Assembly: GCF_001194135.2 (NCBI RefSeq)
Contig: NC_068984.1
Span: forward strand, 135,056,966-135,120,965
Direction: 5' to 3'
Length of the DNA stretch: 64,000 nucleotides
Origin: Octopus bimaculoides
Taxonomy: Eukaryota
In this document: piece by piece, positions 51,836 to 64,000 of the stretch
How positions within the stretch are numbered: the first letter of the stretch is position 1
How the letters are laid out: each line of letters begins with the position of its first letter
Program-made: the position numbers and the translations under genes
Notes under the pieces: generated by a model
The model's input: the letters and a program-made list of their open reading frames with translations, nothing else
What the model was told of the DNA's origin: nothing
The model's database searches: none

Positions 51836-53284
51836 ACTCGTCATTATATCGTTGAGAGCCGAGAATCGTCTGCTATGGCCGCCGAAACTACCAGATGACG
51901 CGGTTTCACCCATCTACGTTTTCCTCAATGTTAGATGAGCAGTAGCAGCATAACAGCTGTGTATCCTATCAATAGTGTATAGATTATTTGTGTCTATACA
52001 GGCACTGGTGCGGCAAGTAGTTAATGGGCTTATTTCAAAATAAATAATTACATGCATTTTATGTAACTGACGAATGCCGAGCAGATTGAATCTCATTGTT
52101 ATTTACATGCCCAGTAAGTATGATGATCATACTTTGTATAGCAAAATATAGCCATTACTCTTAGTTCATAGTGTCACTCACATAAGAGAATAATTTAAAA
52201 GTATAGTTTTGCTACAATAGGTAATATCGGAAAAGAATCTATAATACAAAAATTTTAAATTAACATTTATCAAATTTCTTCATGCATATACAAGATGCTG
52301 AATTGTATTATGATTTTCAAAAATAAAAATATTCATTAGCATAATATATAATTGAACAAAATGTTTTGTATTTGCATAATTTATTCCATAACTATTCTGT
52401 CATGTATGCCTTCTCCTTCTCCTCTTTTCGCTTCCTCTACCTGACTCTTTCTCTCCAATTGTGTGCATACCATCCCTTTACTCATTGCCTGCAGTCAAGT
52501 CCATTATGTGCACTCAGCCTGCTAGATTCATAAACTCTTTCTATATTTCTCTATTACGCTCTGTCTTCCATTCTCTCGATATGGTGTAAAGTGCCACTGC
52601 GAAAACCAACTAAGCATCCAATATTTATTTCGGCTATTATTTATAGACGTTTGGCATAATGTGTGTAGGACAGTAAACGTTCACATTGCCCATCTGTCAA
52701 TGCTAAAAGGTCGGTTATTGACATCGCAAATGTTCGTGTGCGCACTGTTTTATATCCAGAGACTTGGTTATAAAACCGAATAATTGTATCCCCACCTTCG
52801 TCGAAATATTTCTCCACAACACTGGAAAATAAAAATATGCTGCATATTTATTCAGAAATGTGATTTGATTTCAATAAAATTCATTGTTATAAGACGTACT
52901 GGTTCGTAAAGTTAGTTTTCAATAAAACATGTACGTTATACTTCTAAATATGCATATAGTGTAAACACACAGACATAGAAAGACAGACAGGCAGACAGAC
53001 ACACACACAGACACACAAACATTTATATATAAATTAATACCTATGTATATGTATNNNNNNNNNNNNNNNNNNNNNNNNNNNNNNNNNNNNNNNNNNNNNN
53101 NNNNNNNNNNNNNNNNNNNNNNNNNNNNNNNNNTATATGCATACATGTGACTACACGTACATGCACACACGCACACACATATACACAGACATACTTATAA
53201 AATTTGTTTATTTCGTCTGATGCGGTTCTGTTATTTCGCATTTCCACAAATGTCTAACTGCTGCAACAGAGAGAAGCAAACTAT

Positions 53285-53351
53285 GCCACTCAATTTCTCT
53301 CTCTCTCTCGCTCTCTCTATCTCTCTCTCGCTATCTCTCTCTCTCTCTCTC

Positions 53352-53388
<37 letters not shown>

Positions 53389-53509
53389 CTCTCTCTTTCT
53401 CTCTGGCACACACATACGCACAGGATGATGATAATGTTGATGATGAAGATGACGAAGAAAGGAAGATGATGATGATAATGATGATGATGATGANNNNNNN
53501 NNNNNNNNN

Positions 53510-53581
<72 letters not shown>

Positions 53582-53582
53582 T
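53285..53582. repeat. (CT)n ... (GAT)n-gap-(GA)n microsatellite block
   Basis: Read directly; contains an N gap. Confidence 0.9.
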
Positions 53583-54454
53583 CAGAATGAGTGAATAATA
53601 TCTATTAAATCGTTAAAATCTATGTTAGACAGAGCGAATTCGGAGTTTGATTTCATCGAATTTGCAACCGAAGGAAGAATCCTGCAATAATGTAATAAAG
53701 AGAGAAAAAAGAGAGAGAGAAAAACTATAAACCTGTCAAAATATTATTTACCTATAGAACCTTATGGCACCAATAAAGGCGTTAGACGTGGCATCATTCT
53801 TTCATTTATTTAAAATTCCACACGCCTAACACGTAGCATTTTATTATTTTCATGTAGGAAAATGGGGATGTGTGTTTGGCTTAGTATCATATTCATAACA
53901 TATACCTAAACAATGATATATGTTAATAGTGCAGCCGTTTGGTTTCATACGTATAAAACACACCAAAGCAAAGATGTATTTTTTAATAATGCGACCGTTA
54001 TTCAGCTTGAAGTAAATCTCTTACATCGAAAGACATATTTGAGCCAATTAGTAGATTATAATTCACCTATATATTGCAGCAGAACACAAAATATTTCAAC
54101 GATATTGATCGTTTGATCAGATTTGCAGTGTTAGGGGCGCTTAAGGCTTAATGTGATTATGATTGCTTTACTTGATTCTCCGGTTTAACGATGGTGGTAC
54201 ACGATGACGGTTTCTTGTCATGAATAGTTGTTTTGTAGTTATTTGTTACTCCAATAAACCAATTAAAGATATTTTTGATCTGTCTCTTTATGGGTTCACT
54301 GCAAATTTGGTGCAGGGCATTCAGGTTGCATATGACGCTAACGAGCACTCAAGTTTGGTGCCATGTTCGAAAGACTTTGTGCTATTGTATTTGATGACAG
54401 ATATGAGAAGAATTCGAAGGAAATAGTGTGTGCTGAATAGAACTGAACAACGAA

Positions 54455-54506
54455 GCAACGAGAGAGAAAGAGAGAGAAAGAAAGAGAAAGTGAGAGACAG
54501 ACAGAC

Positions 54507-54551
<45 letters not shown>

Positions 54552-54575
54552 GAGAACGAGAGTGAGAGAGAGAGG
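54455..54575. repeat. (GA)/(GATA) microsatellite
   Basis: Read directly from sequence. Confidence 0.9.
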
Positions 54576-55907
54576 AGTAAAAGAGAAACAAAGTGAGAGA
54601 AACCCGTTATAGGTTGCTATATTGCGATATGACTAGCAGCTAGGTAATTATTTTTGTACCTTCCAAGGTCGATATCAAAACTGCTTTCCTCAAATTTCTA
54701 TAGAGTTCCTTCATGGACCATCTGTAAGTAACTAATATATGTAGCTTTAGGAAAATAGTGATAATTGTCATTAAGAATTGATAGAAAGAGTTTATATGAG
54801 ATTCTAACTAAAAGATGTTAAGGTCATCACTACATATTTTTTATAGAAGTTTTAGCCACCACTGATTTTGTTACAACATTTCGTATCCGAGACATCAGAT
54901 GTACACAAATATTGAGATCGTAGATGAAAAATGGGTAATGGACGTATATGCCATACTTCAGGAGTTTTTGCTCCTTCATCAACGCCCATCTCATCCAGTA
55001 TTCATCCACGAACTTATTGCTTAAATAGCCACTACATATAGCGGTGTGACGTTATTGGATGTAACAGGAGGCTGAGATTTGATAATTTTTATAGCACGTA
55101 AAGAAATGAGATGAATAAGGGACGTGTAAAGGTATTTAAATTACTAAGAATTTTACTTCTCACAGACATATTTATTTATTGGAAATGAGGGATGCAGCGT
55201 ATGGGAGAGTGTGTGAAAACATTAGAAAAATGTAATACAACTAAGAATAGTCTTCCAAGTGTTGCATAAATGTAGAAAATTGGGAATGATTCAAGTAAAT
55301 AGCTTATTATATTTTTGAATAAATAAAAATGGATTAGTTTAAAATATAGAATACAAATAATTGGTTAGAATTACGAAGTACGAATATCGTTAGTAGCAAA
55401 ATCTGAAAAAAAAAAAAGTGGAATATGTAGAAATAGAAATACATTTAAGGAAATGAGAGCGTACTTAACTTTTGACATAAGAATGAACGATAGATTCGTA
55501 TATAGCAATTTCAAAATATCAACGGTTCTGTGTAAACAAATGCCATTATGCAACGAACCCTTCGGAAAACAAAACAGAAAATTTCTTACAGAAAAAATGA
55601 CGTTATACGAAGACGGTTAGAGAAGAAAACTATTGATTAGTTTTAGAGACAATGTACAATTCGGTGTTAAGCAGAGAAACAGGAGAAAAGGAAGCCAGAT
55701 TTTAAGAGACACGTGGTCTATAAGCAGACATCTATAAAAGTAGGATTAGTGAAAATATAAGCATCGTCGACATTCATTATTAGATATACGAAGAATATTG
55801 TATATACAAATACACAGATATACAGATATATGTTGCCCTGCATTAATATATACATGCGCATGTGTTAATAGGTAGAGATATAGGTTTATATCTATGTATC
55901 CATTTAT

Positions 55908-55949
<42 letters not shown>

Positions 55950-56722
55950 ACATATATAGACTTACATATGTATATAGAAATGGGGGCTGAGGTTCCCTAC
56001 AGCTGTTTCAGACGTGTTTTTGTTGACGAAGAACTCAATTACATGAAGTAAAAACCTTTTTTTTTTCTTCACATGAATTAAATTTAAAAGTAAATTTACC
56101 ATTTATGGACTTTTCTCACAAAGAGTATAGAATGCATATCGCTCCCTCATCTCGCTGCCGGTTGACTCTCTCTCTCCTCTGTTGCTGTCCTTATTATTAA
56201 AATACCTCGATTTTATTGGATTGTTTCTCGTAGTCACTAAAAGTACATTGCTGACAGGTTTACTCATTTGGTCTATTGATTAATCGTGGAAAATTGAATG
56301 ACCTAAGAAAATTAATGCTACTTTCTTGAAGGAATGATACTGCATGGGGAAGCAGGTAGAGAATAAGATGGAAAGATAGAAGTAGAGTAGACATCAAAGC
56401 GAGAAAGTTTACAAAGAGTTAAGGTGATGGCAAGGCGAAAGAGGGAAAGGCATGGTATAAGTGACCGTATACAAAAAAGGGAAAAAATCTAATGACCATT
56501 ATTTCTAACTTTGTTTTTGTTCTTCATATACCACACTTCGTAAAAACCAGTTTGTCTGGAGCTCATCCGCGGATTTACAATATAGAATTGTGACACACCA
56601 TAATCTTAGACGCTGCCATAAACTTATCTGGCGTTCTTCACTAATCTCTAAATGATGTTGTTGGCCCGGTGTACCAAGAGAGAGCTAACGAGGTAGTTTG
56701 CCCGAATTAATAATCCCTCACC

Positions 56723-56860
<138 letters not shown>

Positions 56861-58896
56861 ATATATATATATGTATGCATGTATATTATATTATATATGC
56901 TCACATAATTTATTATTGAGTGTCACCTGGAACTCTGAGTAACTGTTTGTGAAAGCACTTTCGTGTTACTCTAAGAGGTGTGTGTGTGTGGGGGGGGGGT
57001 TACAGAGACTCCCACGTGACACTGAATAATAAATTATGTGAGTATATATAATATAATATAATTTAATATTGTATCACATTGTCTTTAGAGCCTTTACAGA
57101 TAGTACTGTAAAGACTATATTTTATTATATTATATACCCTCACACAATTTTTTAATCAGTATTATTGCAACGGTCTCACTAGTAGTCACGTGAAATTCCG
57201 AGTAACAATTTGTATAGATTATTTTCGGCCTTAATAAATAGTGATATTCGAATGTTATTCTTTTCCCGTACTTTGCATATATATGCATAAACACACATGC
57301 GCGCGCGCGAATACAGAAGCACGCACGTATTAACAAGCACATATCTAAAAGGGGAATTTATAAATGTCTATGCGTAAGAAGCTATACAAACTTCTGTTTT
57401 GAACGATATTGTAATAAAAAGAAAATCGTGAGAGAAGTAACAGACACGGTATGGATTTGGCTAGAATACCTCCTCTGGGTTACCAGGCATGTGCTCAAAT
57501 ATATCTAAGATATAACTTTTAGGGATGTATATCAAAAAAATATATAGGAAAGTAAAAGAGATTGATTCAAAACTATACACAGTAAATTGTTCCAGAATGT
57601 GCAATTTAGACTATTGGAAGAATTAAACTGTGGCTGTTGTCAGATATCTAGTGGAAATTTGGAAATACAATTTATTCATAAGAAACTAAATGTTAGATTT
57701 ACACAAATATGTATGCATGTCATTGGATAGAATAAAGGGAACTTAAAATATTGCAAGCCTAAGAAGTTAAAACACGAACACGTGATATCCTTCATTTCGT
57801 TAGTGATAAGAAAGGATGCTTTATGTAGGTTAATTCTGTTTTAAAAGATGATGGTTTAGCCAATATAAGATAATAAGGTGTTGTTGGTTTTTACTAGTGG
57901 GAATAGTCTACTTTTGCTATTGTAGATTCAATGAATGATCTTATACTGCTATTTGTACAGAAAAAGCTCGGAGTGTTTTGGTAATGGTGTTAGAGATTCA
58001 TTTTGATAGAGAAATGGTAATATATTGAACAAAAATATAAACGATAGAACAGATAATTATTTCTATTATTTTGTTGTAGAAATTTATAGGATTCCTGGTA
58101 GGAAATGAAATAGTTTTGGAATAGTTTGAAGGAAAGTTTCGCTATAACGAAGAAAATGTAGGTTAAGAGTTGTGCTGAGTCAAGTGATATAACATTTCTA
58201 TGTTTTGCAGAAGGTAGAAATAACTGGGATTTAGAATTTATTTTATCGGAAATTAGTTTTATCGCTTTTCGTACTCTAATGTCTCAATAGATACCTGTTC
58301 ATTAGAAAATAAGAAAAAAATATTTAATGCTTTTAACAAAATTGTTGATAAGATATTCACGATTGCGTGAAGTATTATAAATACAATGTATATTGCAATC
58401 AGGCTTCTGTAGGGTCGAGAACGAGTGAAAAGTGACAAAAGTAAAACATTTATTTCTTTTATGTAAGCATCAACAGGTCGAGAAAAGCTTAAATGTCCTT
58501 AAAGAATGTTTAAGGTTTTAGCAGAAAGCAACAGTTGTCTGCGGGTTAAGAGAACAGATAAACCATATCCCTAGATATGCCATCAAAACAGAACACGAGT
58601 TGCAAATAGGGGGATTCATGTTTAATCCTATTGTGTCTCTCATTTCTCATATGCTTATTTCGAAATACAGTGTCCTTATTTTTTTTTATCCAGGTGGTGT
58701 TATGTAAAAAAAAAAAAGATTTTCCTGTGCAGTAGTAATAGATTTAGTAAATTTGAGGGTTTAATAAAAATCAGTTTAGTAAGTTGTATCACTTTGTGTA
58801 AAATAGGAACAATATCTAAAGAAGATGGCAAAGGCTTTGACCTTCATATCTTTTCAGAGAATCGTTAGGTTAATATGGGATAGAACTTAATTTTCT

Positions 58897-59410
58897 AAGG
58901 AGTAATTTACTTTGAAGTGTTACCACCTAATGAGACAATTACTGCTCAAGTCTACTGTCAGCAATTAGAACGTTTGAACCAAGCTTTGAAGAAAAAAAGA
59001 CCCTCTTTAGTGAATCGAAAAGAAGTTATGTTTCATCAGGATAATGTGCGACCCCACACTGCAAAGATCACATCACAGAAAATCGAAGAGCTTGGTTGGG
59101 AAAAATTACTCATCCACCTTATTCTCCCGAACTTGCTCCTTCAGACTACCATTTGTTTCGTAGTTTACAGAATCATTTGGGAAACATAACTTTCGCAAGT
59201 CAGGAGGAGGTCAAAACTGACAATTCAGATTTCTTCGGTTTGAAACCAAAAGAATTTTACATTGTTGGGATTAAAAAGCTTGTAAATAGATGGAAGGAAG
59301 TCATAGAAAACCAGGGAGAGTACATTGCTGATTAAATTTCAATTAAATATAACATTTGATCACTTGTTTTCTTTATTCAAATTTCGGACAGAACTTATGA
59401 GATGACCTGA
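58897..59410 (+). mobile_element. Mariner (DD34D) 3' fragment with right TIR
   Basis: GVIYFEVLPPNETI...FHQDNVRPH...HPPYSPELAPSDYHLF...RWKEVIENQGEYIAD*; D34D spacing; single 1-bp deletion near 59110; TIR-like cggacagaacttatgagatgacctga then TA at 59411-59412. Confidence 0.93.
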
Positions 59411-59671
59411 TAACTGGCTCATGCTCTGCAGAGGAATGACTTGGTATGGTTCTTAGTGTAGATTCGAAGTGTTAGTTGGACACAGAATCCTTGTTTAGAG
59501 TATTAAGGAAAAGCGTGTTGTTGTGAATGGTGATAGAAAGACACAAAAGACGTCCGAGGAGTGGAGGACATCATAGTGTCCGTAGTGAAGTTAGAAAATG
59601 TGGCAGTAAATTTGTCGACTGTAACTGGATTATGTAAGTGATTTTATATCAGTAGGTGAGTTATTTTCAGA

Positions 59672-59818
59672 ATGTGGTTTGCGTTGTATCTGAGCGCAAC
59701 AGCAGTATTGTTCATATGTGAGAGCGAAACTTTAATATGGAACGTATTAAATATCTATTGCATTCCAGTAGATGTTGCTTGCAGTAAAGTGAGATGTGGT
59801 ACTATCTATGTTAAAGAT
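59672..59818 (+). CDS. Possible first exon of a small secreted Cys-containing protein
   Basis: ttattttcag|a ATG; hydrophobic N-terminus MWFALYLSATAVLFICES; donor GAT|gtgagt; no convincing downstream exon. Confidence 0.2.
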
Positions 59819-61504
59819 GTGAGTTCGCCAGAAGAGTTCCACAGTAGGCGTTGTAGATCGTGTTGTCAAGCGGGTAATCAGAATCTGCTGTGTTTCGGAA
59901 CATTCAGTTTATAACTAAAAACTTACTTTTGCCACAATGCGTGCCCGCTCATTTCCTGGTGAAAAGATAATTCACAAGCAAAATCTTTGCTAGATTGGTT
60001 ATCATTGATATCACAAGTTTACTATATTTTTATATTAGTGAGTTGATATATTATCAAATATCCCTTGAAGTATCGTAATTTAGAGATGTCTGACTTTTGA
60101 CTACTTTCAGTTACAGATCGTTAATATATTTTAGTATATAGTCAATTTTTTTCATATGTTCGCATTCTTTTATAGAAGTTAGTTGTAGATAGTTTCCATA
60201 ATGAGATGTTAGTTACCAGCCAAGAATTTCCCTGTCATTAATGCCGGGTCATCTTCATCGTTAACACGATTGTTTGAGAACTTGATTTCTTCTGGGGGTT
60301 GAGGAAACGATTGATAAGTTTCTTGTTGACAGAACGCTAAGTCAACATTATTATTTGAGTATAGATTACTTGGAATGTGAGAGAAACTGTGCACTTGACT
60401 TAAATTTCACACAATTGAAAGCAAGTGGCAATCTTAAAAATGCGAAGATGTTTATAATGTAGTTTATGGGACACAGAAAGTAAGTTATATTCATTGACGA
60501 ATATTGTGGCCTGGGTGTTAGAGTAGAATTCTAAAAAAATGCATTAAAAACACGAGAACAGAATTGATATTATTTAAATTGGGAATTGGGAAATATTAAG
60601 AAATGTCTAGAAAGACTTAATCGTCTTTCTGTCTGAATATTTTCCTTGTTTAAAAAAAAAAAAAAGTAATATTTGAGGTTTTGTACTCTGATCTATCTAC
60701 ATATAAATTGAGTTAAAACCCAATGGGAATAATCATCAAGTCATTTTTCTTTTTACAGATTTAGTTTTGCTTGTGGAGTGATAACGTCAATAGCAGACAA
60801 TATTAAGATTAGAATCGGCCAATCTTTCTAATTTAATAGGAAATTTACCGAAACATCTTCAGAGAGAAAATTACATATAATGATAATGAGAAAGTTTGCA
60901 CTGTAAGATTGCTGATCTATCAACAAAACTATTCATTGATGAGTCGATAAAAGAATTCTAATAGCTTAGCCAAGCCAACCTTGGAAGGAAACTTCTCCCT
61001 GGAGTCCAATGAGAAATGAATATCACTTCAGTCATTGGTAGTAATCAACTTTGTGGCCGTTTATTGATCAAATTCTAACGATGAAAAAATCGAACCCAAT
61101 CTTATTTATTGGAACGATTCGGTCTACTGAATACTACTTCATCGTAGTGCTGCCATTAAATAGAAACAAGCAACAAAATATAGGTTATCTTTGAGCAGAA
61201 ACCGGAACTAATACGGCTCAGAGATCAGAGCCAAGCCTGTCTTACTCACGTCCGTGATTTGTTTGAAGTAATTTTTTTTTTTTTCATATATATTTATATA
61301 TCGTTTGATATGAAATAACGATATAACGCCATAATAGCATTTAAATGTTCAGTGGTGTGGAATTACGACTGACTACCGAACTGAGAGTGGTAAATAAAAA
61401 GGATTTTTGCATTCAGGTGTGAATGCATGTGTCTAACTGTGAACGATAATATAAATTTAAATATGTCGGATGGTAATCGGTAAGATATAAGGTATAATGC
61501 TCAC

Positions 61505-61578
61505 ACAGAAGTACACACACATGCATAAACATATATTCACAAACACACACACACGTACAATCACACACACACACACAT

Positions 61579-61660
<82 letters not shown>
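61505..61660. repeat. (CA)n array
   Basis: Read directly from sequence. Confidence 0.93.
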
Positions 61661-61662
<2 letters not shown>

Positions 61663-62009
61663 ATATGAATACAGAATACCACCTATGACCACACATATCT
61701 ATACAAGAATGTATGTGTAAGAAACGACTGCATGAATGAGTTCCTATGTGCAATAATTTATATTCATGTGCTAGTGTAGGGAGGAGGTATGTTAATGAAG
61801 ATTTATCTATATATAAGTGCGTATCTTATTCCTCCTGTGACTAATGCTTCTTTTTATTCAACTTTTATTATGATAGGCACTTTGAATTAATAGCGATATG
61901 TACTGTAGCTTATCTTTCAGAAATGTAATGAAGAGGCATTCACACGCTTATACAGAAATATTTAATTACACACTGGTGTAAGATTATGCTTAGAAAGAAA
62001 ATCACATCT

Positions 62010-62182
62010 ATGGATATACAAACACAAAACACACACACACACACTATGCACATGCACAGTCACGTACAAGCATGCATACTATATATACATATATACACAT
62101 ATGTATATATATATATGCAGCTATACACACAGAGATACATACCTACACACACACAAGCACACACACACACAGTCACACACAT

Positions 62183-62219
<37 letters not shown>

Positions 62220-62250
62220 ATATATATAATATATATAACATATACAACAA
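62010..62250. repeat. Compound (CA)/(TA) microsatellite
   Basis: Read directly from sequence. Confidence 0.88.
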
Positions 62251-63164
62251 GTGAAGCATACATGAGGACGTCTATTGATGTGTGTGCAAGTGTTTTTGAA
62301 TTCGATAATTATAGAAGGAAATGACTTTATCGGTTTTATAAATTATGATAATTTCAATGGTCTGCCTCATCTGTCTGCATTTTCATTCATTTGGCACCTA
62401 CTAGATTTTAGATTAGATGTATTATTGATATGCCTCCGGGGTGAGGGAAGCCAGAGTCAACTGATTTTTGTCTTGTTGCAATATTCAATTAATTTCTCAC
62501 TATTCATAAATATTGTTGATATTTTACAAGTGCATTATTTCTTTGAGGCTGTATGTATTTTAGATATATGTTAAAGATTTTGTCAGACTCTGTAACACCT
62601 CTATTTCCATTGCTCGTATCTGTGGGAAACAAAGAATTGTTGTGGTTTCAGTGAAAGACACGTAGAATATATTTTTGCACGTTTCATCCCTATGTAGTTT
62701 ACGATGATATATTCGGGAAGTATTTTTGAGAAGTGAGTTCTATTGATGATGTAATAGTGTCTCAATATTATTTGAATGTGTTGTTCGTTTCTCTGTGATC
62801 ACATTCGACCGAGCAGAGCGTTAGAGATAAGACGACCCATAAGTCCTTCAACACTCGAACGCAGCATTCAATTTGCCGGGTCAATGGAAGTCAGTTCCTC
62901 TTCTGTGTGTACGCTCAAGCTGATTTTTTCGTCAAGGCAACAATTTTGTTTTTGCCGATTGTTATAATACACCATGAAGCATGCAATATATCCCAAAACG
63001 AAGTAAGAGCTTTTTGTCCCTATATTTCTCCATATCTCTTTCTCTTTTCCCCACCTCTCTTGAGTGCTATAAGAAATAAAAAATCAAGTTATACCTTGCT
63101 GAAGAGTCCAAAACTGGGTGAAATTACGTTCTACACGGCTACTACGATAATAACGTTTGCTACT

Positions 63165-63345
63165 ACAAGTACAAGGCCTGAAATTTGGGGTACTGGGATA
63201 GTAGATTACATCGACCCCAGTACTCAACTGGTACTGAATCTATGGAACTCGAAAGGATGAGAGGCAATGTCGACCTCGAGGAATTTGAACTCAGAACGTG
63301 GAGAAAGCCGAAATACCGCTAAACATTTCGTTCGGATCTACAATG
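63165..63345 (-). mobile_element. SINE family A
   Basis: catcgaccccagtactcaactggtact..gaaaggatgagaggcaatgtcgacctcgaggaatttgaactcagaacgt. Confidence 0.88.
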
Positions 63346-64000
63346 ATAATAATAAAATACAATAATGAAATTATATGCAATAAGATGTATACTCTTCTAC
63401 GTAGGTAAAACTATTTACGAAGTACAGTGCATGCTATGAATCCACATCAGATTCTGGGTGACTGCTCACTGTACAGTTCTAAAAATGAGACGTAGTTTGT
63501 GCTCCCATCGTTTTATTATATATGTTATCAGATATTCAACTTAATGCACAATCAGTTATCACAATGGGAAAGATGTCTAGAACTATATACAAAAAAGTGA
63601 ATAATAATTTCAATAAAATGTCACTGTATGTATATGCATAGATATTATCAAATTGCATGAGAACTGCTTCCACAAACATAAAATAGCTAGGGAGACTAGG
63701 TGAGAAAACTGCGACATCACGCAGTAAATATTCGTTAAGCAAACATTATCTTTAAAAATGGAAATATACTTACAGATAATACACTAAACCTGATAGACTA
63801 ATGCTGAAAACATACAGGTGATCAGTTGATCATAAGTGGAATAATTTCATTGTTCATAGACGTTTCATCTGTCTTTTCTTGTCCCTTTTTTTGTTTTATC
63901 CTCTGTGTGGATGTTTTGCGTTCTTGTCCCATTTTTTGTATTCCTTTTCATATATATATATAAATGTATATATATGTATAGATATGTATGTATGTATATA

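Noticed and set aside
51865-51910. gaaac...cagatga...gtttc hammerhead-like words
   Set aside because: Order and pairing do not give a valid hammerhead topology on either strand.
60209-60400. Minus-strand ORF ...SFPQPPEEIKFSNNRVNDEDDPALMTGKFLAGN*
   Set aside because: Single short ORF with no supporting upstream exon.
62275-62640. Minus frame that reads well if TAA/TAG are taken as Gln (ciliate code)
   Set aside because: Expected appearance of AT-rich DNA; the surrounding elements use the standard code.
63090-63140. CTGAAGA-gtcc..gggt-GAAA hammerhead-like core
   Set aside because: No stem III/NUH and no stem I partner.

Overview
Eukaryotic, very AT-rich, microsatellite-saturated genomic DNA with about ten N-gaps, nearly all flanked by simple repeats. 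The SINE families and repeat landscape resemble octopus (coleoid cephalopod); this is an inference from recognition, not a search result. No gene can be named with confidence, and most ORF-track entries are translations of microsatellites or gaps. Well-supported features: a full-length decayed Tc1-like DD37E transposon with ~210-bp TIRs (26.2-27.8 kb), a near-intact mariner DD34D 3' fragment (58.9-59.4 kb), three R4/Dong-like RLE LINE fragments (two abutting (TAA)n tracts), and many tRNA-derived SINEs of about four families. Most interesting observations: (i) a nearly canonical minimal type-I hammerhead ribozyme at 43296-43338 inside a hairpin-rich unit, plus a decayed second hammerhead linked to a tRNA-head/(AAT)n composite at 0.7-1.1 kb; (ii) a 600-bp foldback element centred on a (CCCTAA)n-(TTAGGG)n palindrome; (iii) a perfect 23-bp exon-intron inverted repeat that could be an ADAR editing duplex in a weakly supported, phase-consistent minus-strand orphan gene; (iv) a 138-bp palindrome whose unique flanks are also inverted.
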